Of a stretch of DNA of 64,000 nucleotides, positions 9,848 to 18,438 are shown one piece after another. Origin of the DNA: Candidatus Coproplasma avicola (GTDB lineage: Bacteria > Bacillota > Clostridia > Christensenellales > Borkfalkiaceae); the NCBI GenBank assembly GCA_018712135.1, contig DVHK01000093.1:8834-72833 (forward strand), given 5' to 3'. The notes under the pieces were generated by a model. The model saw only the letters and a list, made by a program, of their open reading frames with translations. It ran no database searches and was not told the DNA's origin. The position numbers and the translations under genes are program-made. Position 1 is the stretch's first letter; each line of letters starts with the position of its first letter.

Positions 9848-11782
9848 TTATTCAAGCTCAAACGCGCCGGTATAGAGCTGATAATACTTGCCCTTCTGCG
9901 CAATAAGCTGTTCATGGTTGCCGCGTTCGATAATTTCGCCGTGGTCGAGAACCATGATAGCCTGACTGTTTCTGACGGTAGACAGCCTGTGCGCAATTAC
10001 AAACACAGTTCTGCCCTCCATAAGTTTATCCATGCCCTGTTCGATGAGCTTTTCGGTTCTGGTATCGATGGACGACGTAGCTTCGTCGAGAATGAGCACG
10101 GGACACTCTGAAACCATCGCGCGGGCGATTGCAAGAAGCTGCCTTTGCCCCTGTGAAAGATTGGCGCCGTCGCCCTTTATCATCGTCTGATAGCCTTCGG
10201 GAAGGTGCGTGATAAAGCTGTCGGCATTTGCCAGCTTGGCTGCCTTGATGCACTCCTCGTCGGTAGCGTCGAGTCTGCCGTAGCGGATATTGTCCATAAC
10301 CGTACCTGTGAACAGGTGCGTATCCTGTAATACAATGCCGAGCGAACGGCGCAGATCGGACTTTTTAATATCCTTTATGTCTATTCCGTCATAAGTAATC
10401 TTACCCGACTGAATGTCGTAGAACCTGTTGATGAGGTTGGTAATCGTCGTTTTACCCGCACCGGTAGCGCCGACGAAAGCAATCTTTTGTCCGGGCTTTG
10501 CGTAAAGGCTGATATGTTTTAAAATTACCTTTTCGGGAGTGTAGCCGAACACGACGTCATAGAAACGGATATCGCCTTTCAGAGGAATATATTCGGGCTT
10601 GCCGCCGGGAACGGGCTTTTTCCATGCCCATACACCCTCTGCCATTTCGCCTTTCGTAAGCGTGATGTCGCCGCCCTCATCTTCGGGCTGGGTATCAGTC
10701 ATTTCAAATACGCGCTCCGCGCCTGCAAGCGCCATTACAATGGCATTAAATTGCTGGGACACCTGCTGGATAGGCATATTGAACGAACGAGAATAACCGA
10801 GGAAAGAAACAAGAATACCTGCACACACGCCTATGGTGAGACCGGTACCGCTGAAAGTTCCATAAGCCGAGAGGAGCCCGACCTGATTGCCCGAAAGAAC
10901 GAGCGCAAGTCCCACCAGGGCAACCATGATATATTGAATATAACCGAGGTTGTTTGTGATGGGCCCCATCACAAATGCATATGCATTAGCCCTGCTGCCT
11001 GTTTCGTTGAGTTTGTCGTTGACGATTTTGAACTGCTCGCGGGCTTTTTGTTCGTGACAGAAGACCTTTATGACCTTCTGACCTTCGGTCATCTCCTCGA
11101 CGTAACCGTTGAGCGCGCCGAGCGCCTGCTGTTGAACGAGGAAATTTTTAGCCGATTTTGTTCCTATCGACTTGATGCACAAAATCATAATGGCGAGCAT
11201 TATGAGCATTACAATCGTAAGAGTAAAGCTGTAATAAATCATGAGCACGAGCAGAGCTATGATTGTTACAACCGACGACACAAGCTGGGGTATTGTCTGC
11301 GAAAGCATCTGGCGCATAGTATCTACGTCGTTGGTATACATACTCATGAGGTCGCCGTGGGTGTGCGTGTCGAAATACTGTAAGGGAAGTTTGTGCATCT
11401 TGTAGAACATTTCGTCGCGCAGCTTTTTCAGCGTACCCTGCGCTATGTACATCATTATGCGGTTGTACATAAACGAACATGCCGCACCTAAAAGATATAC
11501 ACAGCCGATAGCCACAATATATGGAACTATGTCTGACATAGTAGCCATTATCTGCCCGGTTGATTCATCAGGTGTGAGCATTGCAATGATGGGCGCTAGC
11601 AAAGCCGAACCGATTGCGCTGGCGGATGCAGAAATAATGACGCCGATAATAACAAAGACAGTAGCTACTTTATAGTTTGAAAAAGTATATTTGAGCAACC
11701 TTTTTAAAGTAACCATGGGGTTTTTTGCCCCCCTCTTGGTCTTAATAAGGTCGCCGCCGTAATCGTTGACCTTTTTGGGCAT
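9848..11782 (-). CDS. ABC transporter ATP-binding/permease protein (type I exporter half-transporter)
   Basis: 644 aa. Six-helix N-terminal membrane domain, then an NBD with Walker A GATGAGKTT, signature LSQGQRQ and Walker B LILDEATS. Confidence 0.9.
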   Translation of the reverse strand: MPKKVNDYGGDLIKTKRGAKNPMVTLKRLLKYTFSNYKVATVFVIIGVIISASASAIGSALLAPIIAMLTPDESTGQIMATMSDIVPYIVAIGCVYLLGAACSFMYNRIMMYIAQGTLKKLRDEMFYKMHKLPLQYFDTHTHGDLMSMYTNDVDTMRQMLSQTIPQLVSSVVTIIALLVLMIYYSFTLTIVMLIMLAIMILCIKSIGTKSAKNFLVQQQALGALNGYVEEMTEGQKVIKVFCHEQKAREQFKIVNDKLNETGSRANAYAFVMGPITNNLGYIQYIMVALVGLALVLSGNQVGLLSAYGTFSGTGLTIGVCAGILVSFLGYSRSFNMPIQQVSQQFNAIVMALAGAERVFEMTDTQPEDEGGDITLTKGEMAEGVWAWKKPVPGGKPEYIPLKGDIRFYDVVFGYTPEKVILKHISLYAKPGQKIAFVGATGAGKTTITNLINRFYDIQSGKITYDGIDIKDIKKSDLRRSLGIVLQDTHLFTGTVMDNIRYGRLDATDEECIKAAKLANADSFITHLPEGYQTMIKGDGANLSQGQRQLLAIARAMVSECPVLILDEATSSIDTRTEKLIEQGMDKLMEGRTVFVIAHRLSTVRNSQAIMVLDHGEIIERGNHEQLIAQKGKYYQLYTGAFELE

Positions 11783-13530
11783 TATTCCTCACCCCCTTTT
11801 ACCTGCGATTCGTAAACTTCTCTGTAAATTTCATTGGTGGCAAGCAGTTCCTCATGAGTGCCTATACCGTCTATCCTGCCCTCGTCGAGCACGATTATTC
11901 TGTCGGCATCCTGAATGGAATTGATGCGCTGAGCAATAATTATTTTGGTTGTTTCGGGGGCGTACTTTCTGAGATTTTCACGGATTATGGCGTCGGTCTT
12001 CGTATCCACGGCGGATGTTGAGTCGTCGAAGATAATGACCTTGGGATGCTTCAACATAGCGCGGGCAATACACAGTCGCTGTTTCTGTCCGCCGGAGACG
12101 TTAACGCCGCCCTGACCGAGGTCATAGTCGTACTTTCCAGGTAAATTCTGAATGAATTCGTCGGCACACGCCTGAATGGCGGCTTCGCGCACTTCCTCGT
12201 CCGTTGCATTTTCATCGCCCCAGCGCAGGTTTTCAGAAATAGTACCCGAAAACAGAACGTTCTTCTGCAAAACCATAGCTACGTTATTGCGGAGAGCGTC
12301 AAGGTTGTATTTGCGCACATCAACGCCGCCGACCTTGACAGTGCCCTTTGTTGCATCGTAAAGGCGAGGAATGAGAGATACGAGCGAACTCTTGCCCGAG
12401 CCCGTTGCGCCGATTATGCCGATGGTTTCGCCCGAAGCGATATGAAGATTGATCTGCTTCAATACGGCGACATCCGCCTTTTGCGAATAGCAGAAATCTA
12501 CGCCGTCGAAATCAATCGAACCGTCCTTTACTTCGGCAATTTGTTCTTTTGCCTTGGGAAGAGTAGTCGTTTCTTCGAGAACCTGAACGATACGTTCGGC
12601 AGAGCCCTTTGACATTGCGATGAAGTTGAGGCACATTGCCACCATCATTACGCCCGAGAGAACCTGCATTGCGTATGTAATGAGCGCCTGCATGTTGGAC
12701 ATGTCGACATTGCCCCATCCGGAAATAGCCATGTCCGAACCCATGAGAAGCAGTATGATAATTGTTGCATACATTACAAACTGCACGGCGGGCATGAGTA
12801 TTGTGAAAATCTTTTCGGCCTTGATGGAGTAATTGTAAACTTCCTGCGTCGCATTTTTCATCTTTTCCATCTGATAATCTTCGCGGACATAGGATTTTAC
12901 AACTCTTATTGCGGTCAGGTCTTCCTGCACTACGGCGTTGAGAGCGTCGTATTTTTTAAACATCATGCGGAAATAAGGCGTTACCTTAATCATGCAGAAC
13001 GCGACGATTGCGCCGAGGATTATTGCGGCGATTACAAACGTCATACCCATGATTGGTTCGAGTATGCACGACATTATTGTCGCCGAAATAAAGAGCACGG
13101 GCGCGCGAACGAGCATACGGATTGACATTTGGTATGCATTCTGCACGTTAGTTACGTCGGTGGTAATGCGGGTTATCAAGCTCGCGGTAGAATAGTTGTC
13201 GATATTTGCGAACGAGAAGGACTGTAAATTATTATACATATCCTCCCTTAAATTATGAGCAAATCCGGAAGAAGCCTTCGCAGATAACTTGGCTCCAAAA
13301 ATGCCGCACAACAGAGCAAATACCGCAGCTGCAAGCATGAGTCCGCCCCACAGAACGATCTGACCTATATCGGCTTGATTGCCGATGGAAATCTCGCGAA
13401 TTTCAGCAATTAGGAATTGCATGAAAAACGGAATGACAATTTCCATGGCTGCTTCGCCGACCATCAGGATGGGCGTAAGTATAGAAGGAACTTTATATTC
13501 CCTCACACTTTTCAGCAATTTTTTGATCAT
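11782..13530 (-). CDS. ABC transporter ATP-binding/permease protein, partner half of a heterodimeric exporter
   Basis: TMD plus NBD with Walker A GATGSGKSS, signature VSGGQKQR and Walker B IIFDDSTS. The ATG at 13530 follows GGAGAT by 4 nt (spacer AAAT); the ORF-track start at 13542 is a GTG inside that SD. 1-nt overlap with the downstream partner gene. Confidence 0.9.
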   Translation of the reverse strand: MIKKLLKSVREYKVPSILTPILMVGEAAMEIVIPFFMQFLIAEIREISIGNQADIGQIVLWGGLMLAAAVFALLCGIFGAKLSAKASSGFAHNLREDMYNNLQSFSFANIDNYSTASLITRITTDVTNVQNAYQMSIRMLVRAPVLFISATIMSCILEPIMGMTFVIAAIILGAIVAFCMIKVTPYFRMMFKKYDALNAVVQEDLTAIRVVKSYVREDYQMEKMKNATQEVYNYSIKAEKIFTILMPAVQFVMYATIIILLLMGSDMAISGWGNVDMSNMQALITYAMQVLSGVMMVAMCLNFIAMSKGSAERIVQVLEETTTLPKAKEQIAEVKDGSIDFDGVDFCYSQKADVAVLKQINLHIASGETIGIIGATGSGKSSLVSLIPRLYDATKGTVKVGGVDVRKYNLDALRNNVAMVLQKNVLFSGTISENLRWGDENATDEEVREAAIQACADEFIQNLPGKYDYDLGQGGVNVSGGQKQRLCIARAMLKHPKVIIFDDSTSAVDTKTDAIIRENLRKYAPETTKIIIAQRINSIQDADRIIVLDEGRIDGIGTHEELLATNEIYREVYESQVKGGEE

Positions 13531-13559
13531 ATTTATCTCCACTAAAAATTTTTAACAAA

Positions 13560-14003
13560 TCAATCGACGAGGCTGTTCTGAACTTTGGCAAGAAGATTTT
13601 TCAGCGTAACCTGCTCCTCTTCGGTCAATGCAGCACACACCTGACTATCACATTTATCCATAAGTTCCTTATTCTTTTTGCAAATTTCAAGCCCCAGCGG
13701 CGTGAGAGTTATATACTTCGTCCTCGCGTCATCGGCAGAAGAAACGCGTTCGATAAAAGCCGAACGCTCTAAATTGGCAAGCATTGACGAAACGGACGAC
13801 GGACGCAACCCGGTTTCCCTTTCTACGTCGCGCTGACAGACTTTTTCGCCACGCGTACTCTTTATATGAACAAACACCAAAGTATGAAACTGTACCGCGG
13901 AAATGCCGTGCGCAGCTAAATTGAGATCATTTTTGCGAACAAGCGCCCTGTGCACGCTGCATATCGCTCCGAAAAGCCTTTGGTTTTCCAAACAAGTCAC
14001 CAC
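13560..14003 (-). CDS. MarR family transcriptional regulator
   Basis: 147 aa with a winged-HTH pattern (QFHTLVFV...QRDVERETGLRPSSVSSMLANLERSAFIER). First gene of the MarR-ABC-ABC unit. Confidence 0.85.
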   Translation of the reverse strand: MVTCLENQRLFGAICSVHRALVRKNDLNLAAHGISAVQFHTLVFVHIKSTRGEKVCQRDVERETGLRPSSVSSMLANLERSAFIERVSSADDARTKYITLTPLGLEICKKNKELMDKCDSQVCAALTEEEQVTLKNLLAKVQNSLVD

Positions 14004-14026
14004 CTACCGCGAGAACGGCAAAAAAT

Positions 14027-14057
14027 ATTTCGATTCCTAACAGTTAGAAATCGAAAT
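14027..14057. promoter_or_regulatory. Near-perfect 15-bp inverted repeat, candidate MarR operator
   Basis: ATTTCGATTCCTAAC-A-GTTAGAAATCGAAAT, 14 of 15 positions complementary, located 24-54 nt upstream of the marR start. Confidence 0.5.
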
Positions 14058-14302
14058 AATTATATTGGTTTATATAAATTTTGTCAACAGAATTGAAGGT
14101 TTACAGAGTGAAAAAAATGTGAAATTATTTACATTATGAAAATAATTAACATTATATTATATATGCGCACAAAACAACAAATGACACACAATATATTGCG
14201 CTTTTACAGTGTATCGCCTGATATAAAAATGACATAAGACTGTATTTGTTTTTTAATAACGGCACGTAGTTATAGCGCAAATCGCAATGTGGCGTTGCCA
14301 AA

Positions 14303-14668
14303 TCAATCGTCATCGCCCTTATACGTTCCTGTAATCTCCTCCATGCCCTCGTCGTCTACTTTACCGAATAGCGCATCTTCGGAGGAGAGTACGGCGTCAG
14401 ACGCCCGTTCCTTTTCATCAGGTACAATCTCATCCATAGTTACTTGCGACTCGCTTTTTTCGTGAGTGAGCAGTTTACGCGTTTCTTCATCATAGACTGC
14501 AACATCATATTCCATTTTGGCGAGATTTTTATCCGAATACGCTTTTTTAAGTTCTTCGGCTTTGGTTTCGTTTATTTTTTTCATTTTATCGGCATACATA
14601 AAATACGCTGCGACGAGAATAACGAAAAGCACTGCGGCTAAAATCATAACAATGTGTATCGGTTGCAT
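14303..14668 (-). CDS. Hypothetical single-pass membrane protein with acidic C-terminal tail
   Basis: 121 aa. N-terminal helix IVMILAAVLFVILVAAYFMY, then a charged/acidic region. A consensus promoter sits immediately upstream (next feature). Confidence 0.6.
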   Translation of the reverse strand: MQPIHIVMILAAVLFVILVAAYFMYADKMKKINETKAEELKKAYSDKNLAKMEYDVAVYDEETRKLLTHEKSESQVTMDEIVPDEKERASDAVLSSEDALFGKVDDEGMEEITGTYKGDDD

Positions 14669-14674
14669 ATCATT

Positions 14675-14703
14675 ATTTTATCAACAATTTTTGCGCATGT
14701 CAA
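14675..14703 (-). promoter_or_regulatory. Consensus sigma-A promoter TTGACA-17-TAAAAT, predicts a leaderless mRNA
   Basis: Minus strand: -35 TTGACA (14698-14703), 17-nt spacer, -10 TAAAAT (14675-14680), then only 6 nt before the ATG at 14668. No SD is present. Confidence 0.6.
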
Positions 14704-14711
14704 CAATTAAT

Positions 14712-14740
14712 TTGATTTGTTAGTCATAATGTAGTATAAT
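14712..14740 (+). promoter_or_regulatory. Sigma-A promoter TTGATT-17-TATAAT for the TetR operon
   Basis: -35 TTGATT (14712-14717), 17-nt spacer, -10 TATAAT (14735-14740). GAGGA SD at 14760-14764 and ATG at 14772. Back-to-back with the divergent promoter at 14675-14703. Confidence 0.65.
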
Positions 14741-14771
14741 AAACACAAATATTGAGTATGAGGATAAACAA

Positions 14772-15341
14772 ATGACGACCGACAAAAGAGTGTTAAAGAC
14801 AAGAAAGGCAATAACGACTGCATTTATGGAACTGACGCTTGAAAAAGATATGCAGAAAATTACCGTATCGGATATTGCCGAAAGGGCTGTGATTAACCGT
14901 TCCACATTCTACCTTCACTATGCCGACGCAAAAGAAGTTCTCGATGATATCGAAAATAATATTTCTGAAATAGTGCACAATTGTTTTTCCAAATTTGACA
15001 CATCTGATATTTATAACAGTACTTATAATATGTTCATAGCAATGACCGGCATTCTTGACGAAACGCCCGCTTTTAAAAATTTCATGCTTCATTCGTCCTC
15101 CTCCGGTTATATAACAATTAACCTTAAAAAAACGCTGACAGATATGGCATTGCATACAGTCCTGAAAAAAACATCGACATACGATGCAGAAAAAATGCGC
15201 ATAGCCATATCGTATATGGTTTCGGGTATCGTTGATACATATATTCTGTGGGCAAAAGATGACAAGCCAAAGTGTTCTCTTGAAGAATTTTGCAGATATA
15301 TTACAGTACTGACAGAGGCGGTAATCGGTGCGATACACTGA
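14772..15341 (+). CDS. TetR/AcrR family transcriptional regulator
   Basis: 189 aa. N-terminal HTH (KTRKAITTAFMELTLEKDMQKITVSDIAERAVINRSTFYLHY) typical of the TetR_N domain. Confidence 0.85.
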   Translation: MTTDKRVLKTRKAITTAFMELTLEKDMQKITVSDIAERAVINRSTFYLHYADAKEVLDDIENNISEIVHNCFSKFDTSDIYNSTYNMFIAMTGILDETPAFKNFMLHSSSSGYITINLKKTLTDMALHTVLKKTSTYDAEKMRIAISYMVSGIVDTYILWAKDDKPKCSLEEFCRYITVLTEAVIGAIH

Positions 15342-15371
15342 TTCTCTTTAATTTGATATGGGGGAGAGCAT

Positions 15372-16247
15372 GTGAAAAATATTATTTATCTCAGCGTTTC
15401 GCTGGTAATATATCTTGCCGGCATTATTTTGCTTTTAGTTAAATTAAAACACATCATAGACAATCCCGAAAGATACGACGAGCCCTCCCTCGTCGCCGAA
15501 GCCGATGCCGTTGAAGCGCATAAAACGCATTTAAATATCTTCAAATCGCTCAGTCATCAATACAGTTTCGTCGGCTTTATATTAACACTTGTAATCACGG
15601 CGCTTGATTTCGGCATCTTGATGCTTGCACAAAAGCTGCTGATAGGCGCAAACGAGCAGATATTTCTCGGAACGACTCTGATAGGCGTTATCGCGCTGTT
15701 TTTTCTGAATATAATCGTAGGCATGGCGGTGATACCGCTCATGATAAAGACCCCGTTTTTTGAGATATCAGCCCGCGATACTTTCAACTCAGACAGCCGC
15801 AGGCGCACTTATAAAAAAACATATACCGCCGCACTCGCCATGTTTGTTCTCACCGTGCCCTTTGCCATATTTTCGACAAACAACTACTGTTATTACAATG
15901 CCGACGGCATAGGTTGGTCGGATTATTGGGAGCTTACTGAATACTATGTCGGTTATGAGGATATAGATAGCGTGAACATTTACGCCCACCACAGCAACAA
16001 CGGAAACTTCGACACTTTTTGCTATGAAATTTCAGCAGGCGGGCGGACGATAAACGTAAACACTCCGAATATGGGGATAAAATATATAACTGAGGACGCC
16101 TTTGCAATACACAATTGCATTGAGAAAAGCGGCGGCTGTGAAACGACAATTGTGCCGCTTAACGATGTAGACAGGCAACATATTTCTGAACTTACAGAAA
16201 GGCAGCAGTACATTATAGAATATATATTTGAAGGCTTTCATCTTTGA
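15372..16247 (+). CDS. Hypothetical multi-pass membrane protein, co-transcribed with the TetR gene
   Basis: 291 aa. GTG start preceded by GGGGGAGAG. About four hydrophobic helices followed by a soluble C-terminal part. No motif recognised. Confidence 0.6.
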   Translation: MKNIIYLSVSLVIYLAGIILLLVKLKHIIDNPERYDEPSLVAEADAVEAHKTHLNIFKSLSHQYSFVGFILTLVITALDFGILMLAQKLLIGANEQIFLGTTLIGVIALFFLNIIVGMAVIPLMIKTPFFEISARDTFNSDSRRRTYKKTYTAALAMFVLTVPFAIFSTNNYCYYNADGIGWSDYWELTEYYVGYEDIDSVNIYAHHSNNGNFDTFCYEISAGGRTINVNTPNMGIKYITEDAFAIHNCIEKSGGCETTIVPLNDVDRQHISELTERQQYIIEYIFEGFHL

Positions 16248-16253
16248 ATAAAT

Positions 16254-16289
16254 GCGCGGGGCGGCAACTTTGAGATTGCCGCCCCGCGC
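16254..16289 (+). terminator. Rho-independent terminator
   Basis: 14-bp GC-rich stem GCGCGGGGCGGCAA/TTGCCGCCCCGCGC with an 8-nt loop, followed by ATTTATCGCCTTTTT. Confidence 0.8.
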
Positions 16290-16338
16290 ATTTATCGCCT
16301 TTTTCATAATACGGACACAAATAAAATATAATAATGTT

Positions 16339-17388
16339 ATGAAAAAGATTATGTTCTGCGGCGGAGGTAGCGCCGGGCACGTTATTCCCAACATTGCATT
16401 GTGTGAGCAACTCAAAAATGAGTTTGACTTATGTTATATAGGCACAGACGGCATAGAACGGGACTTATGCCGCGACAGCGGCGTGCCGTTTTATACATTT
16501 GACGGAGTTAAACTTGTGCGAGGCAAAGTACTTTGCAACCTTTCGATACCGGTCAAACTGCACAAAAGCGTCAAAGAATGTATGGAGATCTTAAACCAGA
16601 CCAAACCCGACCTTTTATTCTGCAAAGGCGGTTATGTTTCATATCCTCCTGCCGTTGCTGCGGCAAAAATGGGGATACCTGTTCTTACCCATGAATCTGA
16701 CGTAAGCCTGGGGCTTGCAAACAAACTCATAGCGGGTAAATGCAGACGCGTGCTGACTGCCTTCCCCAATACTGCCGTAAAGATTAAAAACGGTATTTAT
16801 ACGGGTACGCCCATACGGCGCGAGCTGTTCGGGCGTGACAGAATAATGGCAAAGCGTGCATTCGGATGCGATTTGCGCCCTACGGTGCTTGTATTCGGCG
16901 GCGGAAGCGGCTCAAAAGCAATCAATGACTGTCTGCGAGGATGTATTACCGAGCTTTGCAGAAAATACAATATTCTGCATGTATGCGGCAAGGGTAATGT
17001 AGTATATTCAAGTCTGTACGGCTATAAGCAGCTTGAATTTTCCGACGATATGGGCGAAGTTTATGCCTGCGCCGATTATGCGGTGTCACGTTGCGGAGCA
17101 AACGCCGCAAACGAACTGATTGCTTTGAAAATACCCACACTATTTATTCCGCTTGAAAACGGCGCCAGCCGCGGCGACCAAATAGACAATGCACTTTATT
17201 TTTATGAGCGCGGGTTATGCAAAATTCTGCGCGAGTGTGATATGACGCCTGCTTCGCTTCAAGGAGCGATAGACGAACTTATTTCGGATAAAAAATTAAA
17301 AACCGCGCTCAAAGAGAATACCTTCAAACGCGGCAACGAGAGAATTATTCAGGAAATTAAATGTGCGCTAAATGAGTCCTTCAATTAA
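16339..17388 (+). CDS. murG: MurG-type (GT28) UDP-N-acetylglucosamine--N-acetylmuramyl-(pentapeptide) pyrophosphoryl-undecaprenol GlcNAc transferase
   Basis: Starts MKKIMFCGGGSAGHVIPNIAL (glycine-rich G-loop of MurG) and has a C-terminal GT-B nucleotide-binding half (VSRCGANAANELIALKIPTLFIP). The ORF-track start at 16252 would run through the terminator hairpin, so the ATG at 16339 is preferred. Confidence 0.8.
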   Translation: MKKIMFCGGGSAGHVIPNIALCEQLKNEFDLCYIGTDGIERDLCRDSGVPFYTFDGVKLVRGKVLCNLSIPVKLHKSVKECMEILNQTKPDLLFCKGGYVSYPPAVAAAKMGIPVLTHESDVSLGLANKLIAGKCRRVLTAFPNTAVKIKNGIYTGTPIRRELFGRDRIMAKRAFGCDLRPTVLVFGGGSGSKAINDCLRGCITELCRKYNILHVCGKGNVVYSSLYGYKQLEFSDDMGEVYACADYAVSRCGANAANELIALKIPTLFIPLENGASRGDQIDNALYFYERGLCKILRECDMTPASLQGAIDELISDKKLKTALKENTFKRGNERIIQEIKCALNESFN

Positions 17389-17988
17389 AATTTTGAGTCC
17401 TATTGCAAGCAAAACAATTCCGCCGAGGATCTGAGCGATACCTGTTTTACGCTCAAACAGTTTGCCGACGCGCGAGCCGATGAGCACGCCAGCCGCCACT
17501 ATCAATACGGTAGTGGCGCCTATTATGCCTGTATAGCCCCAGATTGTAACCTCGGTTATACCCTCACTATACATGGCAATAAAGCTCACTCCGACGGCTA
17601 GGGCGTCGATACTTGTTGCAATGCCTTGCACAAGTACTTCGGCGATATTAAATTTCTTTGGCGTGAGCTGCTCCCCGGGTTTTCGCATTTCAAGCACGGC
17701 ATCCACTATCATTTTTCCGCCGATGAACAGCAATAATATAAAAGCAACCCAATGGTCAAACCTGTCGATTATAGACGTATCTATCGCCTGTGAAAGAGCA
17801 AACGCAATAAAAAATCCGACAAGCGGCATAGCCATCTGAAATGCGCCGAAAAGAAGGGCTATTGTGCCGCCCTTCTTTTTGTTGAGATCCCTGTAACACA
17901 TGCCGTCGCAAATTGATACGGCAAAGGCATCCATGGCGAGGGATACGCCGATTAAGAACACCTGTAAAACCAATTGCCAACTCCACAT
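17368..17988 (-). CDS. mntP: Manganese efflux pump MntP family protein
   Basis: Polytopic membrane protein with duplicated DAFAVS/DALAVG motifs (SLAMDAFAVSI ... ATSIDALAVGVSF). The ATG at 17988 is preferred because a TTTACA-17-TATAAT promoter lies directly upstream. Confidence 0.8.
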   Translation of the reverse strand: MWSWQLVLQVFLIGVSLAMDAFAVSICDGMCYRDLNKKKGGTIALLFGAFQMAMPLVGFFIAFALSQAIDTSIIDRFDHWVAFILLLFIGGKMIVDAVLEMRKPGEQLTPKKFNIAEVLVQGIATSIDALAVGVSFIAMYSEGITEVTIWGYTGIIGATTVLIVAAGVLIGSRVGKLFERKTGIAQILGGIVLLAIGLKILIEGLI

Positions 17989-17994
17989 AAAACT

Positions 17995-18023
17995 ATTATA
18001 AAATACAAGCTGTCGTTTGTAAA
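17995..18023 (-). promoter_or_regulatory. Sigma-A promoter TTTACA-17-TATAAT, predicts leaderless mntP
   Basis: Minus strand: -35 TTTACA (18018-18023), 17-nt spacer, -10 TATAAT (17995-18000), then 6 nt before the ATG at 17988. No SD. Confidence 0.55.
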
Positions 18024-18128
18024 TATTAAAGCATATATAATTATACAAAAAAATAAAAAATTTTTGCGAAACACCCCAAAAATAGTTTGCTTTTTTTTTA
18101 AATTAAAGTATAATAATAAAGCTGTTGA

Positions 18129-18205
18129 TGAGGTGTAGCGCAGTTTGGTAGCGCGTCTGGTTAGGGACCAGAAGGTCGTGGGTTCAAGTCCCGTCACCTC
18201 AACCA
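18129..18205 (+). tRNA. tRNA-Pro-like gene; anticodon reads AGG by standard numbering (unusual A34)
   Basis: Manual cloverleaf: acceptor TGAGGTG/CACCTCA, U8, D arm GCGC-AGTTTGGTA-GCGC, anticodon stem TCTGG/CCAGA with loop TTAGGGA, variable AGGTC, T arm GTGGG-TTCAAGT-CCCGT, discriminator A, encoded CCA. The D arm and the xGGGA half of the anticodon loop (G37, A38) resemble bacterial tRNA-Pro, where the UGG isoacceptor loop is UUUGGGA. Confidence 0.75.
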
Positions 18206-18245
18206 CAAAAGAAGGGAAGTCATTTTGGCTTCCCTTCTTTTGTGG
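18203..18245 (+). terminator. Rho-independent terminator whose 5' arm starts in the tRNA CCA end
   Basis: Perfect 17-bp stem CCACAAAAGAAGGGAAG/CTTCCCTTCTTTTGTGG with a 9-nt loop, followed by TTTG. Confidence 0.75.
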
Positions 18246-18378
18246 TTTGAATTCTTGAATACTGGACTTGAGGGGAGGCAAGAAAATAAATTTTATTTAT
18301 TTTCGCAGGTCGGAGGGCTCTATCGACGACTTGACAGCCCTCGACTTGGGCTGTCAACCGTGCGCCGCGCACAAGCGG

Positions 18379-18404
18379 CAAGTCCCGTCACCTCAACCAC
18401 AAAA
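18379..18404 (+). repeat. 26-nt direct repeat of the tRNA 3' end (att-like duplicate)
   Basis: CAAGTCCCGTCACCTCAACCACAAAA occurs at 18185-18210 (T-loop through CCA plus 5 nt) and again, identically, at 18379-18404. The second copy has no upstream tRNA body. Confidence 0.8.
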
Positions 18405-18438
18405 AGGGCACAGAAGTAAATTCTGTGCCCTTTTTGTG
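18398..18438. terminator. Bidirectional terminator hairpin
   Basis: Perfect 18-bp stem CACAAAAAGGGCACAGAA/TTCTGTGCCCTTTTTGTG with a 5-nt loop. Lies 21 nt downstream of the minus-strand gene ending at 18459 and directly after the duplicated tRNA 3' end. Confidence 0.75.

Noticed and set aside
16252-16338. N-terminal 29-aa extension of the murG ORF given in the ORF track
   Set aside because: The extension is translated straight through the GC-rich terminator hairpin (16254-16289) of the upstream operon. The canonical MurG N-terminus MKKIMFCGGGSAGH begins at 16339.
17989-18128. Possible yybP-ykoY (Mn2+) riboswitch upstream of mntP
   Set aside because: I could not find the conserved riboswitch core. 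A TTTACA-17-TATAAT promoter ends 6 nt before the ATG, leaving no room for a leader.
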